Shown piece after piece: positions 1 to 11,585 of a stretch of 64,000 nt of DNA (position 1 is the first letter of the stretch; every line of letters begins with the position of its first letter). The notes under the pieces are model-generated. The model had not been told where the DNA came from. It saw nothing but the letters and a program-made list of their open reading frames with translations, and did no database searches. Origin of the DNA: Bacillota bacterium (GTDB taxonomy: Bacteria > Bacillota > Ch66 > Ch109); contig JBMNLH010000004.1 in the NCBI GenBank assembly GCA_050952625.1, forward strand, positions 192,001-256,000, in the 5' to 3' direction. Position numbers and translations under genes: made by a program.

Positions 1-1099
<1,099 letters not shown>

Positions 1100-1195
1100 A
1101 GTAACATCCGCAAGGATGCGAAACTAGGTCGGTCATCAGACTTCGCAACAACTGTTTAGTTTTGAGGGACCAGTAAACTGGAAACTCAAAGAAGG

Positions 1196-1288
1196 GTGAA
1201 CTTGTTCAGCTTTGCTGAACATTGAGGCTTCAGCTAGAGACTCTACTCACCTGAAGTTTAAACAAGATAACCCTTTGATCCAGATAAA
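1196..1288 (-). mobile_element. IS200/IS605-like miniature element (PATE/MITE), copy A, internally shortened, inside the 16S-23S ITS
   Basis: GTGAACTTGTTCAGCTTTGCTGAAC...CAGATAAA matches seven other copies in the window. Confidence 0.8.
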
Positions 1289-2370
1289 AAGCCAAGGCTT
1301 CTAACCAAAGAAGCCGCGGTAAAAAGACTTCCCATAAATTTGGCCAAACCCAAAAGAACCAGGCCAAACCAGATGGAAGTCAAACTCGACTAACTAAGCG
1401 CAAACCGAAAGCTAGTCGAAACTGAACCCTGAAAACTGCACAGCGAATATAAAAAAAGTTCTGTCAAGCGCAAGCCAAAGGATAAACCGAAACAAACCTT
1501 AAGGTAGAAAGACTAAGGTCAAGCTACTAAGGGCGTACGGAGGATGCCTAGGCGCTAAGAGACGAAGAAGGACGCGGTAAGCTGCGAAAAGCCTCGGGGA
1601 GCCGCAAGCAGGCCTTGATCCGGGGATCTCCGAATGGGGCAACCCAACTGGAGTAATGTCCAGTTACGGCTAACTGAATCCATAGGTTAGTCGAGACAAC
1701 CAGGGGAACTGAAACATCTTAGTACCCTGAGGAAAAGAAAACAACAGTGATTCCCCAAGTAGCGGCGAGCGAACCGGGAAGAGCCCAAACCTCAAGAGTG
1801 TCAAAGCCTGCCGGCGTTGCTTTTGAGGGGTAGCGGGACCATCCTGGGCAGCGGCAGCAGCCCAAAGGAGTAAGAAACCATAATTCTAGGTGAAGCGGAC
1901 TGGAAAGCCCCGCCACAGAGAGTAACAGCCTCGTAACCGAAAGGATTATGGCTCCTGGATGGGATCCCAAGTACTGCGGGACACGTGGAACCCCGTGGGA
2001 ATCAGGGAGGACCACCTCCTAAGGCTAAATACTCCTTAGCGACCGATAGTGAACCAGTACCGTGAGGGAAAGGTGAAAAGCACCCCGGGAGGGGAGTGAA
2101 AAAGAACCTGAAACCGTATGCCTACAACCAGTCGGAGCTTTTTCGAAAGAAAGAGTGACGGCGTACTTTTTGTAGAACGGACCGGCGAGTTACAGTAACT
2201 AGCAAGGTTAAGGAAACGGAGCCGAAGCGAAAGCAAGTCTTAAGAGGGCGCAAGTTAGTTGCTGTAGACCCGAAACCGGGTGATCTACCCATGACCAGAG
2301 TGAAGCGATGGTAAGACATCGTGGAGGCTCGAACCAACCGTTGTTGAAACAGCGGTGGATGAGTTGTGGG

Positions 2371-2412
<42 letters not shown>

Positions 2413-2676
2413 CCCGAAATAGCTTTAGGGCTAGCCTCAAGGCATAATTGATGGGGGTAGAGCACTGAATAGGCTAGGGGCCTTACCCGGTTACCGAACC
2501 TTCTCAAACTCCGAATACCATCAATCGGACCTTGGGAGTCAGACTGCGAGTGATAAGATCCGTAGTCGAGAGGGAAACAGCCCAGACCGTCGATTAAGGT
2601 CCCGAAGTGAGGACTAAGTGGAAAAGGATGTGGGGTTGCCCAGACAACCAGGATGTTGGCTTAGAAGCAGCCATCA

Positions 2677-2712
<36 letters not shown>

Positions 2713-2759
2713 CCTGCGCCGAAAATTCCCGGGGCTCAAGTCCGCCACCGAAATCACGG

Positions 2760-2966
2760 ATTTTGGTGGTTGGCGGTTAGTGGTTAGTGGTTGGGAGGAA
2801 AGGAAATGGCTGGATATCGGACACTGGAAGTGTATCAAAAGGCATATAAACTGTCTTTAGAAATACACCGTGTCACCCAAACATTTCCTGAATTTGAAAG
2901 GTATGAATTAGGAAGCATGGTCAAACAAATCCCAACGACCAATTACTAACGACCAACCACCAAAAT
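2760..2966 (+). other. Intervening sequence (IVS) in 23S helix 45
   Basis: Lies between ACCGAAATCACGG and GGTAGGGGAGCGTT; complementary arms ATTTTGGTGGTTGG / CCAACCACCAAAAT. Confidence 0.9.
2806..2949 (+). pseudogene. Truncated 23S rRNA IVS four-helix-bundle protein (47 aa)
   Basis: RBS GGAGG, then MAGYRTLEVYQKAYKLSLEIHRVTQTFPEFERYELGS..., the N-terminal signature of the 23S_rRNA_IVP/four helix bundle family; the C-terminal half is missing. Confidence 0.85.
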
Positions 2967-3428
2967 GGTAGGGGAGCGTTCCCACAGCGTGGAAGTCATC
3001 CTGGAAGGGATGGTGGAGCGGTGGGAAGAGATAATGCCGGTATGAGTAAGCGAAAAGGCAGGTGAGAATCCTGCCCGCCGAAAGCCTAAGGTTTCCTGGG
3101 GAAGGCTCGTCCGCCCAGGGTAAGTCGGGACCTAAGCTGAGGCCGAAAGGCGTAGGCGATGGACAACCGGTGGAAATTCCGGTACCACCCCAAGCCGCTC
3201 GAGCGAAGGGGGGACGCAGGAGGGTAGGCGAAGCGTACCGTTGGTCGAGTACGCGCAAGCTGGTAGGGGGTAAGATAGGCAAATCCGTCTTACGTGAACC
3301 CTGAGAGGTGACGCCGAGGGAAAACTAAGTACCGAAGTCGCTGAACCCAAACTGCCAAGAAAAGCCTCTAGCAAGGCAAAAGGGTGCCCGTACCGCAAAC
3401 CGACACAGGTAGGCGAGGAGAGAATCCT

Positions 3429-3460
<32 letters not shown>

Positions 3461-3654
3461 CGGCAAAATGACCCCGTAACTTCGGGAGAAGGGGTACCCC
3501 GTGTAGCGTGACATTGTGAACACAAAAGAGCGTGAGGGGGTCGCAGTGAAGAGGCCCAGGCGACTGTTTACCAAAAACACAGGTCCCTGCCAAAGCGAAA
3601 GCTGAAGTATAGGGGCTGACGCCTGCCCGGTGCTGGAAGGTTAAGGGGAGGGGT

Positions 3655-3824
3655 TCCGCACTCCCGCGGGAGCACGGTGCGGGGGAAGCCTTGGGCGCGC
3701 CTCCGGATAGTCACATCGGGTTCCGCTCCGGGCATCAGTGGGCGAATAGAGCATACCCTGGAGCGGGCAGCAACAGGCGCCAGCGAGGCTGGGCGGATAT
3801 CCGCCCAGGGGGTTGAGTGCTGGA
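3655..3824 (+). other. GC-rich structured insertion in 23S helix 68
   Basis: About 170 nt replace the short apical loop between GGAAGGTTAAGGGGAGGGGTT and GAAGCTCTGAACCGAAGCCCCAG; closing pairing TCCGCACTC / GAGTGCTGGA. Confidence 0.85.
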
Positions 3825-3846
3825 GAAGCTCTGAACCGAAGCCCCA

Positions 3847-3931
<85 letters not shown>

Positions 3932-4178
3932 TCTGGGCACTGTCTCAACGAGGGGCTCGGTGAAATTGTACTACCGGTAAAGATGCCGGTTACCTGCGAC
4001 AGGACAGAAAGACCCCGTGGAGCTTTACTGCAACCTGATATTGGATTTTGGTAGGCAATGTACAGGATAGGTGGGAGGCAGAGAAGCAAGTCCGCCAGGA
4101 TTTGTGGAGCCAACGGTGGGATACCACTCTTTGTGTACTGAAGTTCTAACTCGGCCCTGTAAACCAGGGTGAGGACAT

Positions 4179-4214
<36 letters not shown>

Positions 4215-4370
4215 CAAAGCGTAACGGAGGCGCCCAAAGGTTCCCTCAGAATGGTTGGAAATCATTCGGAGAGTGTAAAGGCAGAAGGGAGCTTGACTGC
4301 GAGAGAGACATCTCGAGCAGGGACGAAAGTCGGGCTTAGTGATCCGGTGGTTCCGAGTGGAAGGGCCATC

Positions 4371-4407
<37 letters not shown>

Positions 4408-4436
4408 TATCTCGCCCAAGAGTTCATATCGACGGC

Positions 4437-4520
<84 letters not shown>

Positions 4521-4525
4521 TACGT

Positions 4526-4568
<43 letters not shown>

Positions 4569-4593
4569 TCGCAGGCGCAGGAAACTTGAGAGG

Positions 4594-4631
<38 letters not shown>

Positions 4632-4683
4632 GCTGGTGTATCAGTTGTTCCGCCAGGGGCAACGCTGAGTAGCTATGTTCGGG

Positions 4684-4715
<32 letters not shown>

Positions 4716-5028
4716 ACCGGCCTCAAGATGAGGTTTCCCATGGAGTCAATCCAGTAAGACCCCAGCAAGACTAGCTGGTAGATAGGCCAGGAGTGTAAGA
4801 ACAGCAATGTTTTGAGCTGACTGGTACTAATCGGTCGAGGGCTTGACCTAATCTTCTAGACATAAGGAGAGCAGAGATTGACAGACTAAGATATTCGCTG
4901 TGAAGTTTTGAGGGTTCAAAGTAGAAAGTAGAGAGAGGCGTCAGATGCAGATTGACGCGGACGCAGGTTAAAAGGCCTCAAAGAAGAGCATGCAATCTAA
5001 AATTAATCTAAAATTTAAGATTAAGATT

Positions 5029-5144
5029 TCTGGTGACGATAGCGGAGGGGAAACACCCGTTCCCATCCCGAACACGGCAGTTAAGCCCTCCAGTGCCGAT
5101 GGTACTTGGGTGGAGACGCCCTGGGAGAGTAGGTCGTTGCCAGG
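5029..5144 (+). rRNA. rrf: 5S rRNA
   Basis: CTGGTGACGATAGC...CCCATCCCGAACACGG...GAGAGTAGGTCGTTGCCAG. Confidence 0.98.
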
Positions 5145-5153
5145 ATATTTTAA

Positions 5154-5190
5154 AAGCCTCAGGTTTTTAGCCTGGGGTTTAATTTATTTT
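5154..5190 (+). terminator. Intrinsic terminator of the rrn operon
   Basis: AAGCCTCAGG-loop-CCTGGGGTTT followed by a T-rich tract. Confidence 0.75.
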
Positions 5191-5380
5191 GTACATTAAA
5201 TTTTTGAACATTAATTTGAACATTAAATTAAAGCTAAAAAATCACATACACTTTTCTTTTCATTAATGAATTTCCATAATGCTCTGCTTATTAAAGACTT
5301 AAAGACCGGTAACGTTCAACTTTCCAAACAAAAAGGAAGCAAGAGGACCGTCCCCTTGCTTCCTGAAAGCTTTAGTAACA

Positions 5381-5677
5381 TTAGTAACGTCTGAGATTAT
5401 TATAGCAGTCTCGGCAGTAGACCGGGCGGTCTCCACTTGGTCTAAAGGGAACCTGTGTCTCTTGACCACAAGTTGCACAAATTGTGGAGAACATTTCTCT
5501 TGGCCGGCGTCCAAAGCCGCTAGTGTTATTTCTGTTTTGTCTTCTTACAGCTCGACATTCAGGGCAGCGACCAGGCTCGTTAGTGAACCCTTTTTCTGCG
5601 AAGAATTCTTGCTCAGATGCAGTAAAGGCAAACTCATTACCACAATCCCGGCAGGTTAGGTACTTGTCTTGATACAT
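5381..5677 (-). CDS. Zinc-ribbon / CxxC-x17-CxxC domain protein
   Basis: DKYLTCRDCG..F.FTASEQEFFAEKGFTNEP.RCPECR and C-terminal CATCG...PFRP...RPVYCRDC. Confidence 0.9.
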   Translation of the reverse strand: MYQDKYLTCRDCGNEFAFTASEQEFFAEKGFTNEPGRCPECRAVRRQNRNNTSGFGRRPREMFSTICATCGQETQVPFRPSGDRPVYCRDCYNNLRRY

Positions 5678-6125
5678 TAATAAATCCCCCTCAAGATATT
5701 CTTGCCCAAACAGTAATAAGGAACTCAGCCATCAACCCGTTCCCGAATTACCTCAGGGCAATTGAGAAGGAGATACAAGAAGTACCTTATTGGTAAATTG
5801 AGCTATAGCTATAGTATAACCAATTTAATACTTCTCGTATAGTCTTTTATTTAGATTTAACATTACATTATCCAATTTCCGAATGTCAACGAATATTTGA
5901 GCCGGTTGATCATGAATTTTTGAGCCACGGTGATCACTAATAAGTGAGCCACCTGTCAGTCATTAGTTTACTGTTCTTTGAAGAAGAAAAAGAAGAAATA
6001 CGTTCGTCGTAGAAGTTGTTAAGATGTGGTCAATGCGCAGCATTGTCCAAGCAGTTGTGGAGTTTGTGGGTAACTCCGAAGGAGTTATCCATCATAATCC
6101 ACATCTGCGGCATCTTAACAACCCA

Positions 6126-6851
6126 CTAACCATGATCCATCCGATAGGACGGATTGTTCATGTTCAAAATGTGAGACCGAAAAGTGAGCCGGTCCACCAG
6201 TGCTGCGATGAGCGTGGTATTTTCAAATAACTCTGTCCAGCGCGAGAATTCCAAATTGGTACTGATGATTACACTGCTTTTTTCCGCCCGGTCAGATATG
6301 ATTTTAAAGAGTAGTTCAGACTGATGGCGGTTAAAGCTGAGGTATGAGAGTTCATCAATTATAAGTAGTTCTGCCTTCTGCAGCTGACGTTCCAATTTTA
6401 GGAGTTCTTTGGTTTCCTTGGCCTCCACCAGCATGGTGGCTAGAGTGGCGGCGGTGATGAATTTCACTCGAAATCCTGCCTGGCAGGCTCGAAGGCCTAG
6501 GGCAATGCTTAAATGAGATTTGCCACTACCGGGGTTTCCGATCATCAATATGTTTTGCCGGTTACGAATATAGTCACAACTAGCCAACTGGTGAATATAG
6601 GCTTCTTCGATGTGTTTGAGCCGTTTAAAATCGAATTCTTCCAGGGTCTTCTCGCTAGGAAAGCCAGCCTGCTTAATTCGTCGTTTTTGCTGATTGACAC
6701 TGCGAGAAGCCAATTCCTGCTTCATCATCGCAATGAGAAAGTCTTCATACCCTAGCTGCCCTTGCTGGCGCAGCACTTCTTCGTAACGAGTAAAGCTGGG
6801 GACCCGGAGCTGTTTGGCATAAAAGGCTATTATCTCGCTTTTTAGGTTCAT
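6126..6851 (-). CDS. istB: IS21 helper ATPase IstB
   Basis: Walker A GNPGSGKS, Walker B LLIIDELSY, ISTNL, LVDRL. Confidence 0.95.
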   Translation of the reverse strand: MNLKSEIIAFYAKQLRVPSFTRYEEVLRQQGQLGYEDFLIAMMKQELASRSVNQQKRRIKQAGFPSEKTLEEFDFKRLKHIEEAYIHQLASCDYIRNRQNILMIGNPGSGKSHLSIALGLRACQAGFRVKFITAATLATMLVEAKETKELLKLERQLQKAELLIIDELSYLSFNRHQSELLFKIISDRAEKSSVIISTNLEFSRWTELFENTTLIAALVDRLTFRSHILNMNNPSYRMDHG

Positions 6852-8383
6852 TGGGCCACCACCCGGTACTTGCGATCATAGCTTGCCAGGTCAATCGGGC
6901 TGACCGGAATATCTTTGATGGTGGTCAGTTTTACTCGCTTTGGAGGGGCCAGTTCATTTTGCACTAGCTCGATGGTAGGGGTAATCCCTGCTGGCAACTG
7001 GTCTCTAACCGCCAGGATCCGGTCAAGACCATATTCGACGCTGAGTTTCAGCAGTTTAACCGTATCTTTGGCACCGCCAGGGAATGTCTTGCCCCAGTTT
7101 AACAGTTCATTGGCCGCTGATCGACGGACCGGTTTGGCGTGAAACACTGACCGCGGTTTTTGCTCCAGAAGTGGTAGGTAGTGTTCCAACTCAAAGGATG
7201 TTTCGCCTTGGCCATAGCAACGAGGATGCCAAGCAACCTGGTCTCCTTGGTGATAACAGACCAAGTGGTTACCGTAGGCTTTAAGGCTGACCATTTTACC
7301 GACTAGATTGACGGGGACGGAGTATTGGTTCCGTTCAAACCGGATCAGGCTGTCATCCCCGACCCGAACCGTCAGGCTTTTACTGGTATCGAAGACAAAG
7401 GCGGGCAACGGGTTCAAACAGTGCTTGTCCGTCAAGAACTGCTCACCTACAGTCTGATTTCGGCCTTGGATCTTATGGCTGCGGTATTTCAGGCAGGAGA
7501 GCCTTAATATTTCATTCAGTTCATCCAGGCTGTCCACTCGGGGCACAGGCACCAGCACATTTCGTCTGCACCAGCCAACCAGGTTTTCAACTAGACCTTT
7601 TTCGTTACCGCTGTTGATGTTGGTAAAGTGTATTTCAAAAGCGTAGTGGGCACTTAGTGCCTGATAGGTATTCTGAGGTTTGGCATGAAGCCCAAACCCT
7701 TCTTTTACAGCTACTCTGGCATTATCAAAAATCACCTTCCGAGGGACACCGCCGCAATGGGTAAAAGCAGCCAGGTGGCCCTCCAGAAAAGATTCCTGGT
7801 TTTGACGAAAGAAGGCTTTAACAAAGATGTCCGCACTGTAGCAGAGTCTAAAACAAAATAACTGAACCTTAGTCTTAACGTCCTTAAGATAAACCGAGGC
7901 TTCACCCCAGTCAACTTGGGCCGCCTCACCGGGATCAAACTCCAGTGGGACAAAAGCCTCTTTAACCGGTTGTTTCATCTCCCGAACGACGCGTCGAATG
8001 GTGGATTCTGCGCCGGTAAAGCCTTTTTCGTCTCTCAACCGTTCGTAGATGCGTCTAGCAGTATGGCGTTGCTTTGGTAAGTTCTCGGCTTGATCTTGGG
8101 CGAAACACTGACGAATAAAGTCTTTGACTTCTTGAGTGACAACAGATGACTCCCGTTCATAGGTCTGTCGTTCCCAGGGGACGCGATCACCTCCACAGTA
8201 CTTTTTGACAGTGTTACGTGAGATGCCCAGTTCTCGGGCAATAGCTCGTTGTGATTTGTTCTGGTTGACATACATATGCCGGATACGGCCATAAAGATCC
8301 ACGTCGATGATCACACCTTTCGTCCTCCCTGTACATCGCTTCTGATTTATCAATTGTACAGGGGATTGGTTTGAGTGGCTCAC
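6848..8383 (-). CDS. istA: IS21 DDE transposase IstA (true start probably the GTG near 8315)
   Basis: HTH SQRAIARELGISRNTVKKY, PGEAAQVDWG, FDN, EKGLVEN. Confidence 0.95.
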   Translation of the reverse strand: MSHSNQSPVQLINQKRCTGRTKGVIIDVDLYGRIRHMYVNQNKSQRAIARELGISRNTVKKYCGGDRVPWERQTYERESSVVTQEVKDFIRQCFAQDQAENLPKQRHTARRIYERLRDEKGFTGAESTIRRVVREMKQPVKEAFVPLEFDPGEAAQVDWGEASVYLKDVKTKVQLFCFRLCYSADIFVKAFFRQNQESFLEGHLAAFTHCGGVPRKVIFDNARVAVKEGFGLHAKPQNTYQALSAHYAFEIHFTNINSGNEKGLVENLVGWCRRNVLVPVPRVDSLDELNEILRLSCLKYRSHKIQGRNQTVGEQFLTDKHCLNPLPAFVFDTSKSLTVRVGDDSLIRFERNQYSVPVNLVGKMVSLKAYGNHLVCYHQGDQVAWHPRCYGQGETSFELEHYLPLLEQKPRSVFHAKPVRRSAANELLNWGKTFPGGAKDTVKLLKLSVEYGLDRILAVRDQLPAGITPTIELVQNELAPPKRVKLTTIKDIPVSPIDLASYDRKYRVVAQ

Positions 8384-8791
8384 TTATTCGTGATCATTAT
8401 TGATCACTTAGGTTGATAAGTGGCTCATTTATTCGTGATCACTAAGGACCTTTTTGGCTCACTTTTAGATTATCATTCACATCCAATTTACTATATTTAT
8501 AAAACATATTTATAAAACATTTTAGATAAAATTAAAAATGAGCAAGTTTAGGATTAATAGTTTAATAACGATACCCCCAATGAATAACCAGGGTTGTTCT
8601 CTATATCCACTAACCGATTTGTCATATTGTTTCATGATGGATACCTCCTGCTGGTTTTATTGTACCAGCCATTTACCGTGTCCATCAAATTTGGTAAGGA
8701 TCAATTTAAGCCTTACCTTCATTATTTGTAAATTATATTTGCAAAAATAAATATATGCAGCTTAATATTCTAAGTATACTTTCAATTATTG

Positions 8792-8820
8792 TTGACAAAA
8801 ATAAATATTAGAGCTATAAT
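8792..8820 (+). promoter_or_regulatory. Consensus sigma-A promoter
   Basis: TTGACA-N17-TATAAT just upstream of the ATPase RBS. Confidence 0.8.
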
Positions 8821-8841
8821 GTAACAAAGGAAGGTGGGATT

Positions 8842-10290
8842 ATGGCGATTACAAGCAAGGAAGGCATTCTAAAAGTGCTGACAACCTATAATCCATGGTG
8901 GAAAACCGGAATCATGAATCCAAAGATGTCTAAGACTTATAAGAGATTTGCATTTTATGAGGCGATGAAGCGGCTGGAACAAAGGGATCTGCGCCGCACA
9001 GTTGTCTTGACCGGTACGCGTCGAGTCGGCAAGACCACTATCCAGTACCAGATGATTGAGGCACTGCTCAGTCGCGGTGTGGCACCGCAAAAAATAGTCT
9101 TCATTTCCATGGATCATCCTATGTTAAAGCTTGCCGGTTTCAACGAGATCCTGGAATGTTATCATGAAAGCATTTACGCCGAGCAGGACTGCTATTACTT
9201 CTTTGATGAGGTTCAGTATGCTCAGGACTGGGACAAATGGCTTAAAACAATTTATGATACTCAGCCGGATACGCAGGTGGTCGCCACAGGTTCAGCCAGT
9301 CCCGCCCTCATTGGGGGCAATCAAGAAAGCGGCGCGGGGCGTTGGACCGTTATCCAGGTTCCTACTATGTCGTTTTATGAGTACTGTGAATTGCTGGAGC
9401 TGGATCGTCCAGAGCTTCCTCAAAGCCTAAAGATCACGTCGCTGCTCTATAAGACGCAACAGGAGCGCACCCGAGTGATGGTGCAGCTTTCTAAGGTGCA
9501 GAATCATTTCAATCGTTATCTGCTGGTGGGGGGATTTCCGGAACTGGCGCTGTCGAACAACGACTTCATAGCACAGCAGATCATGCGAGAAGACGTGGTT
9601 GACAAGGTGCTAAAGCGTGACCTTCCTGCGCTGTATAACATCAGAAACGCCACTGAGTTGGAGCGGATATTCCTGTATCTATGCAATGTATCATCAGAGA
9701 TAGTTTCAATAGAGGCTATTGCCAAAGAACTTAGTGGTGTATCGAGGCCGACGGTCGAAAACTATATTCGATACCTGGAAAGTGCTAATCTGATTTATCA
9801 GAGCTGGCCGGTAGATATGGCGGGCAAAAAAGTACTGAAAGCCAGACCTAAAATATATATTGCAGATGCTGCTATTCGAAACGCCATTCTAATGGACGAT
9901 TCGTTGCTTACTGACCCAGTGGAGATGGGAAAGGTTGTTGAGACGGCGGTCTACAAGCATGTTGCGGCATTTTATTACCAACAGGCTACGTCCGTCGGCT
10001 ATTTCCGCGGCGGTAGAAAAGGAAAGGAAATCGATATTGTAGTGGATTACCCCAAAATAAAGAAGATCCTCATAGAGGTCAAATATCGAGAGGGTGCGCC
10101 CATTTCCGATGACGACGCGATTTCCGAGCTGTGTGGAGAGGCATTGGCTGCGATCATTGTAACCAAGAACGCCAGCGACTTTGGAATTCACAATACCAAG
10201 TCAGGAAAGGATATGATCCGGATTCCGGCATTTACATTCTTATATCTGCTGGGGCATGCAGAGAAGAACGGCTATAAAAGAATTGAATGA
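8842..10290 (+). CDS. AAA+ ATPase (AAA_14 + DUF4143-like) with a C-terminal PD-(D/E)xK-like motif
   Basis: GTRRVGKTT, FFDEVQ, TGSAS, YLLVGGFPE, EIDIVV...IEVKY. Confidence 0.88.
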   Translation: MAITSKEGILKVLTTYNPWWKTGIMNPKMSKTYKRFAFYEAMKRLEQRDLRRTVVLTGTRRVGKTTIQYQMIEALLSRGVAPQKIVFISMDHPMLKLAGFNEILECYHESIYAEQDCYYFFDEVQYAQDWDKWLKTIYDTQPDTQVVATGSASPALIGGNQESGAGRWTVIQVPTMSFYEYCELLELDRPELPQSLKITSLLYKTQQERTRVMVQLSKVQNHFNRYLLVGGFPELALSNNDFIAQQIMREDVVDKVLKRDLPALYNIRNATELERIFLYLCNVSSEIVSIEAIAKELSGVSRPTVENYIRYLESANLIYQSWPVDMAGKKVLKARPKIYIADAAIRNAILMDDSLLTDPVEMGKVVETAVYKHVAAFYYQQATSVGYFRGGRKGKEIDIVVDYPKIKKILIEVKYREGAPISDDDAISELCGEALAAIIVTKNASDFGIHNTKSGKDMIRIPAFTFLYLLGHAEKNGYKRIE

Positions 10291-10319
10291 TAAGCAAATG
10301 TAATGGCAACTAAATAAAA

Positions 10320-10352
10320 AAGCCCTGCTAACCGTTACGGTCGGCAGGGTTT
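10320..10352. terminator. Bidirectional intrinsic terminator
   Basis: AGCCCTGC...GCAGGGTTT with an upstream A-tract. Confidence 0.7.
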
Positions 10353-10366
10353 CGTGCTACCTGGAA

Positions 10367-10426
10367 TTATTCTTCCACATCCATCGTCACGCCGGACTTA
10401 AATACCACGGTGAACTGATCCTCGAG
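10367..10426 (-). pseudogene. C-terminal scrap of a large serine recombinase
   Basis: Minus strand reads EDQFTVVFKSGVTMDVEE*, resembling the typical tail of Firmicutes large serine recombinases. Confidence 0.55.
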
Positions 10427-10666
10427 CAAATTGCATAACTGAAAACCTTTGATTTTATTGCTTTCTAGCCCCTGAAAAAAAGGAATTCACCCCTATGGAT
10501 GTAGAAATATTAGGTAAGCCCACCATAAACTCTACGACGCAAAGAGGCGAATTACCTTGTATATTCTACAACTATCGTTATTTTCCTTTGATGAATTGAT
10601 GAAATGTGAGCCAGAAACATGTTGCCAAAAGTAACTAAAATAAATATGAGAAAGGAATGAAGTATT

Positions 10667-11095
10667 ATGCTATGGAAAGATGAATATGAACTTGGCGTTC
10701 CATTGATAGATGCGCAGCATAAAGAATTATTTAGGCGCGTTGAATCGTTTTTGAAGGCATTGCGGTCTGAGGATTGCTGGAATGAGAAGATCCCGAAGAT
10801 AAATGAAACGCTGGAGTTTATGAAAAGATACGTTGTTGAGCATTTCCATGATGAAGAGGAATACCAGCGAAGTATCAATTATCCTGGATACGAAGCTCAT
10901 AAACAGATACATACCGGTATGATCAAATATGTGCAAGAGGTTTCTGAGCAATACGAACAAGCCAATGACAACGAGCATTTGATGCAACAGTTTGGGGGTA
11001 GACTGCTTGCCTGGCTGATTAACCATGTGGCCGCAGAAGATCAACGCATCGCGGATTATGCCAAAAAGAAAGGGATGAGCGGAAATGAAAGATAA
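10667..11095 (+). CDS. Bacteriohemerythrin
   Basis: W...Y.LGVPLIDAQHKELF, HF.DEE, H...H, WLINHV..ED. Confidence 0.93.
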   Translation: MLWKDEYELGVPLIDAQHKELFRRVESFLKALRSEDCWNEKIPKINETLEFMKRYVVEHFHDEEEYQRSINYPGYEAHKQIHTGMIKYVQEVSEQYEQANDNEHLMQQFGGRLLAWLINHVAAEDQRIADYAKKKGMSGNER

Positions 11096-11534
11096 ACTTT
11101 ACAGAGCATTTGTCGATGCAACACGGAATGTATTTAAAATGATGCTTAACATTTCAGAGATTTCCGATCATCCGACAGAGGATTTCAAATGTGACGATGA
11201 GGTCGATATCGCCATCGGCATTATTGGTGACCTTCAGGGAGAGGTTATTTATCGATTTCCAGTCTCGACATCTCTTAATATCGTAAACATCATGAGCGGT
11301 ATGCAGTTTGAAGCGGTGGATACTTTCGTGACCTCTGCAATATCAGAGATTGCGAATATCATAAGCGGTAATGTCCTTACTGCACTTTCAGATAGCGGCA
11401 TGATCTGTAATATATTACCTCCGGTGCAAAGCAAGCTTGATGAAGAAAAGGAATATGAAATGAAAACAAGTTGCTGCATTTGCACAACGATCGGTGAGAT
11501 ATGTCTGGAAATAAGATTGAATCGGGCTTCTTGA
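11085..11534 (+). CDS. cheX: Chemotaxis phosphatase CheX family
   Basis: IGIIGDLQG, SAISEIANIISGN, ILPP. Confidence 0.85.
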   Translation: MKDKLYRAFVDATRNVFKMMLNISEISDHPTEDFKCDDEVDIAIGIIGDLQGEVIYRFPVSTSLNIVNIMSGMQFEAVDTFVTSAISEIANIISGNVLTALSDSGMICNILPPVQSKLDEEKEYEMKTSCCICTTIGEICLEIRLNRAS

Positions 11535-11585
11535 ACTCTTGGAAACAGGCGTTAATGCTCCTCTAGATAAACAGGAGGGAAATAA

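Larger units (their letters stand above)
5878..8481 (-). mobile_element. IS21-family insertion sequence
   Basis: istA/istB pair; multiple TGAGCCAC sub-terminal repeats; 26-bp imperfect terminal IR; 7-bp target duplication TCCAATT at 5871-5877 and 8482-8488. Confidence 0.92.

Noticed and set aside
2806-2949. Avd-like peptide as a sign of a diversity-generating retroelement
   Set aside because: No reverse transcriptase or TR/VR pair is seen in the window; the IVS context explains it
3655-3824. Self-splicing intron or ribozyme in helix 68
   Set aside because: Too short, and I could not identify group I/II core motifs or a convincing small-ribozyme fold by eye
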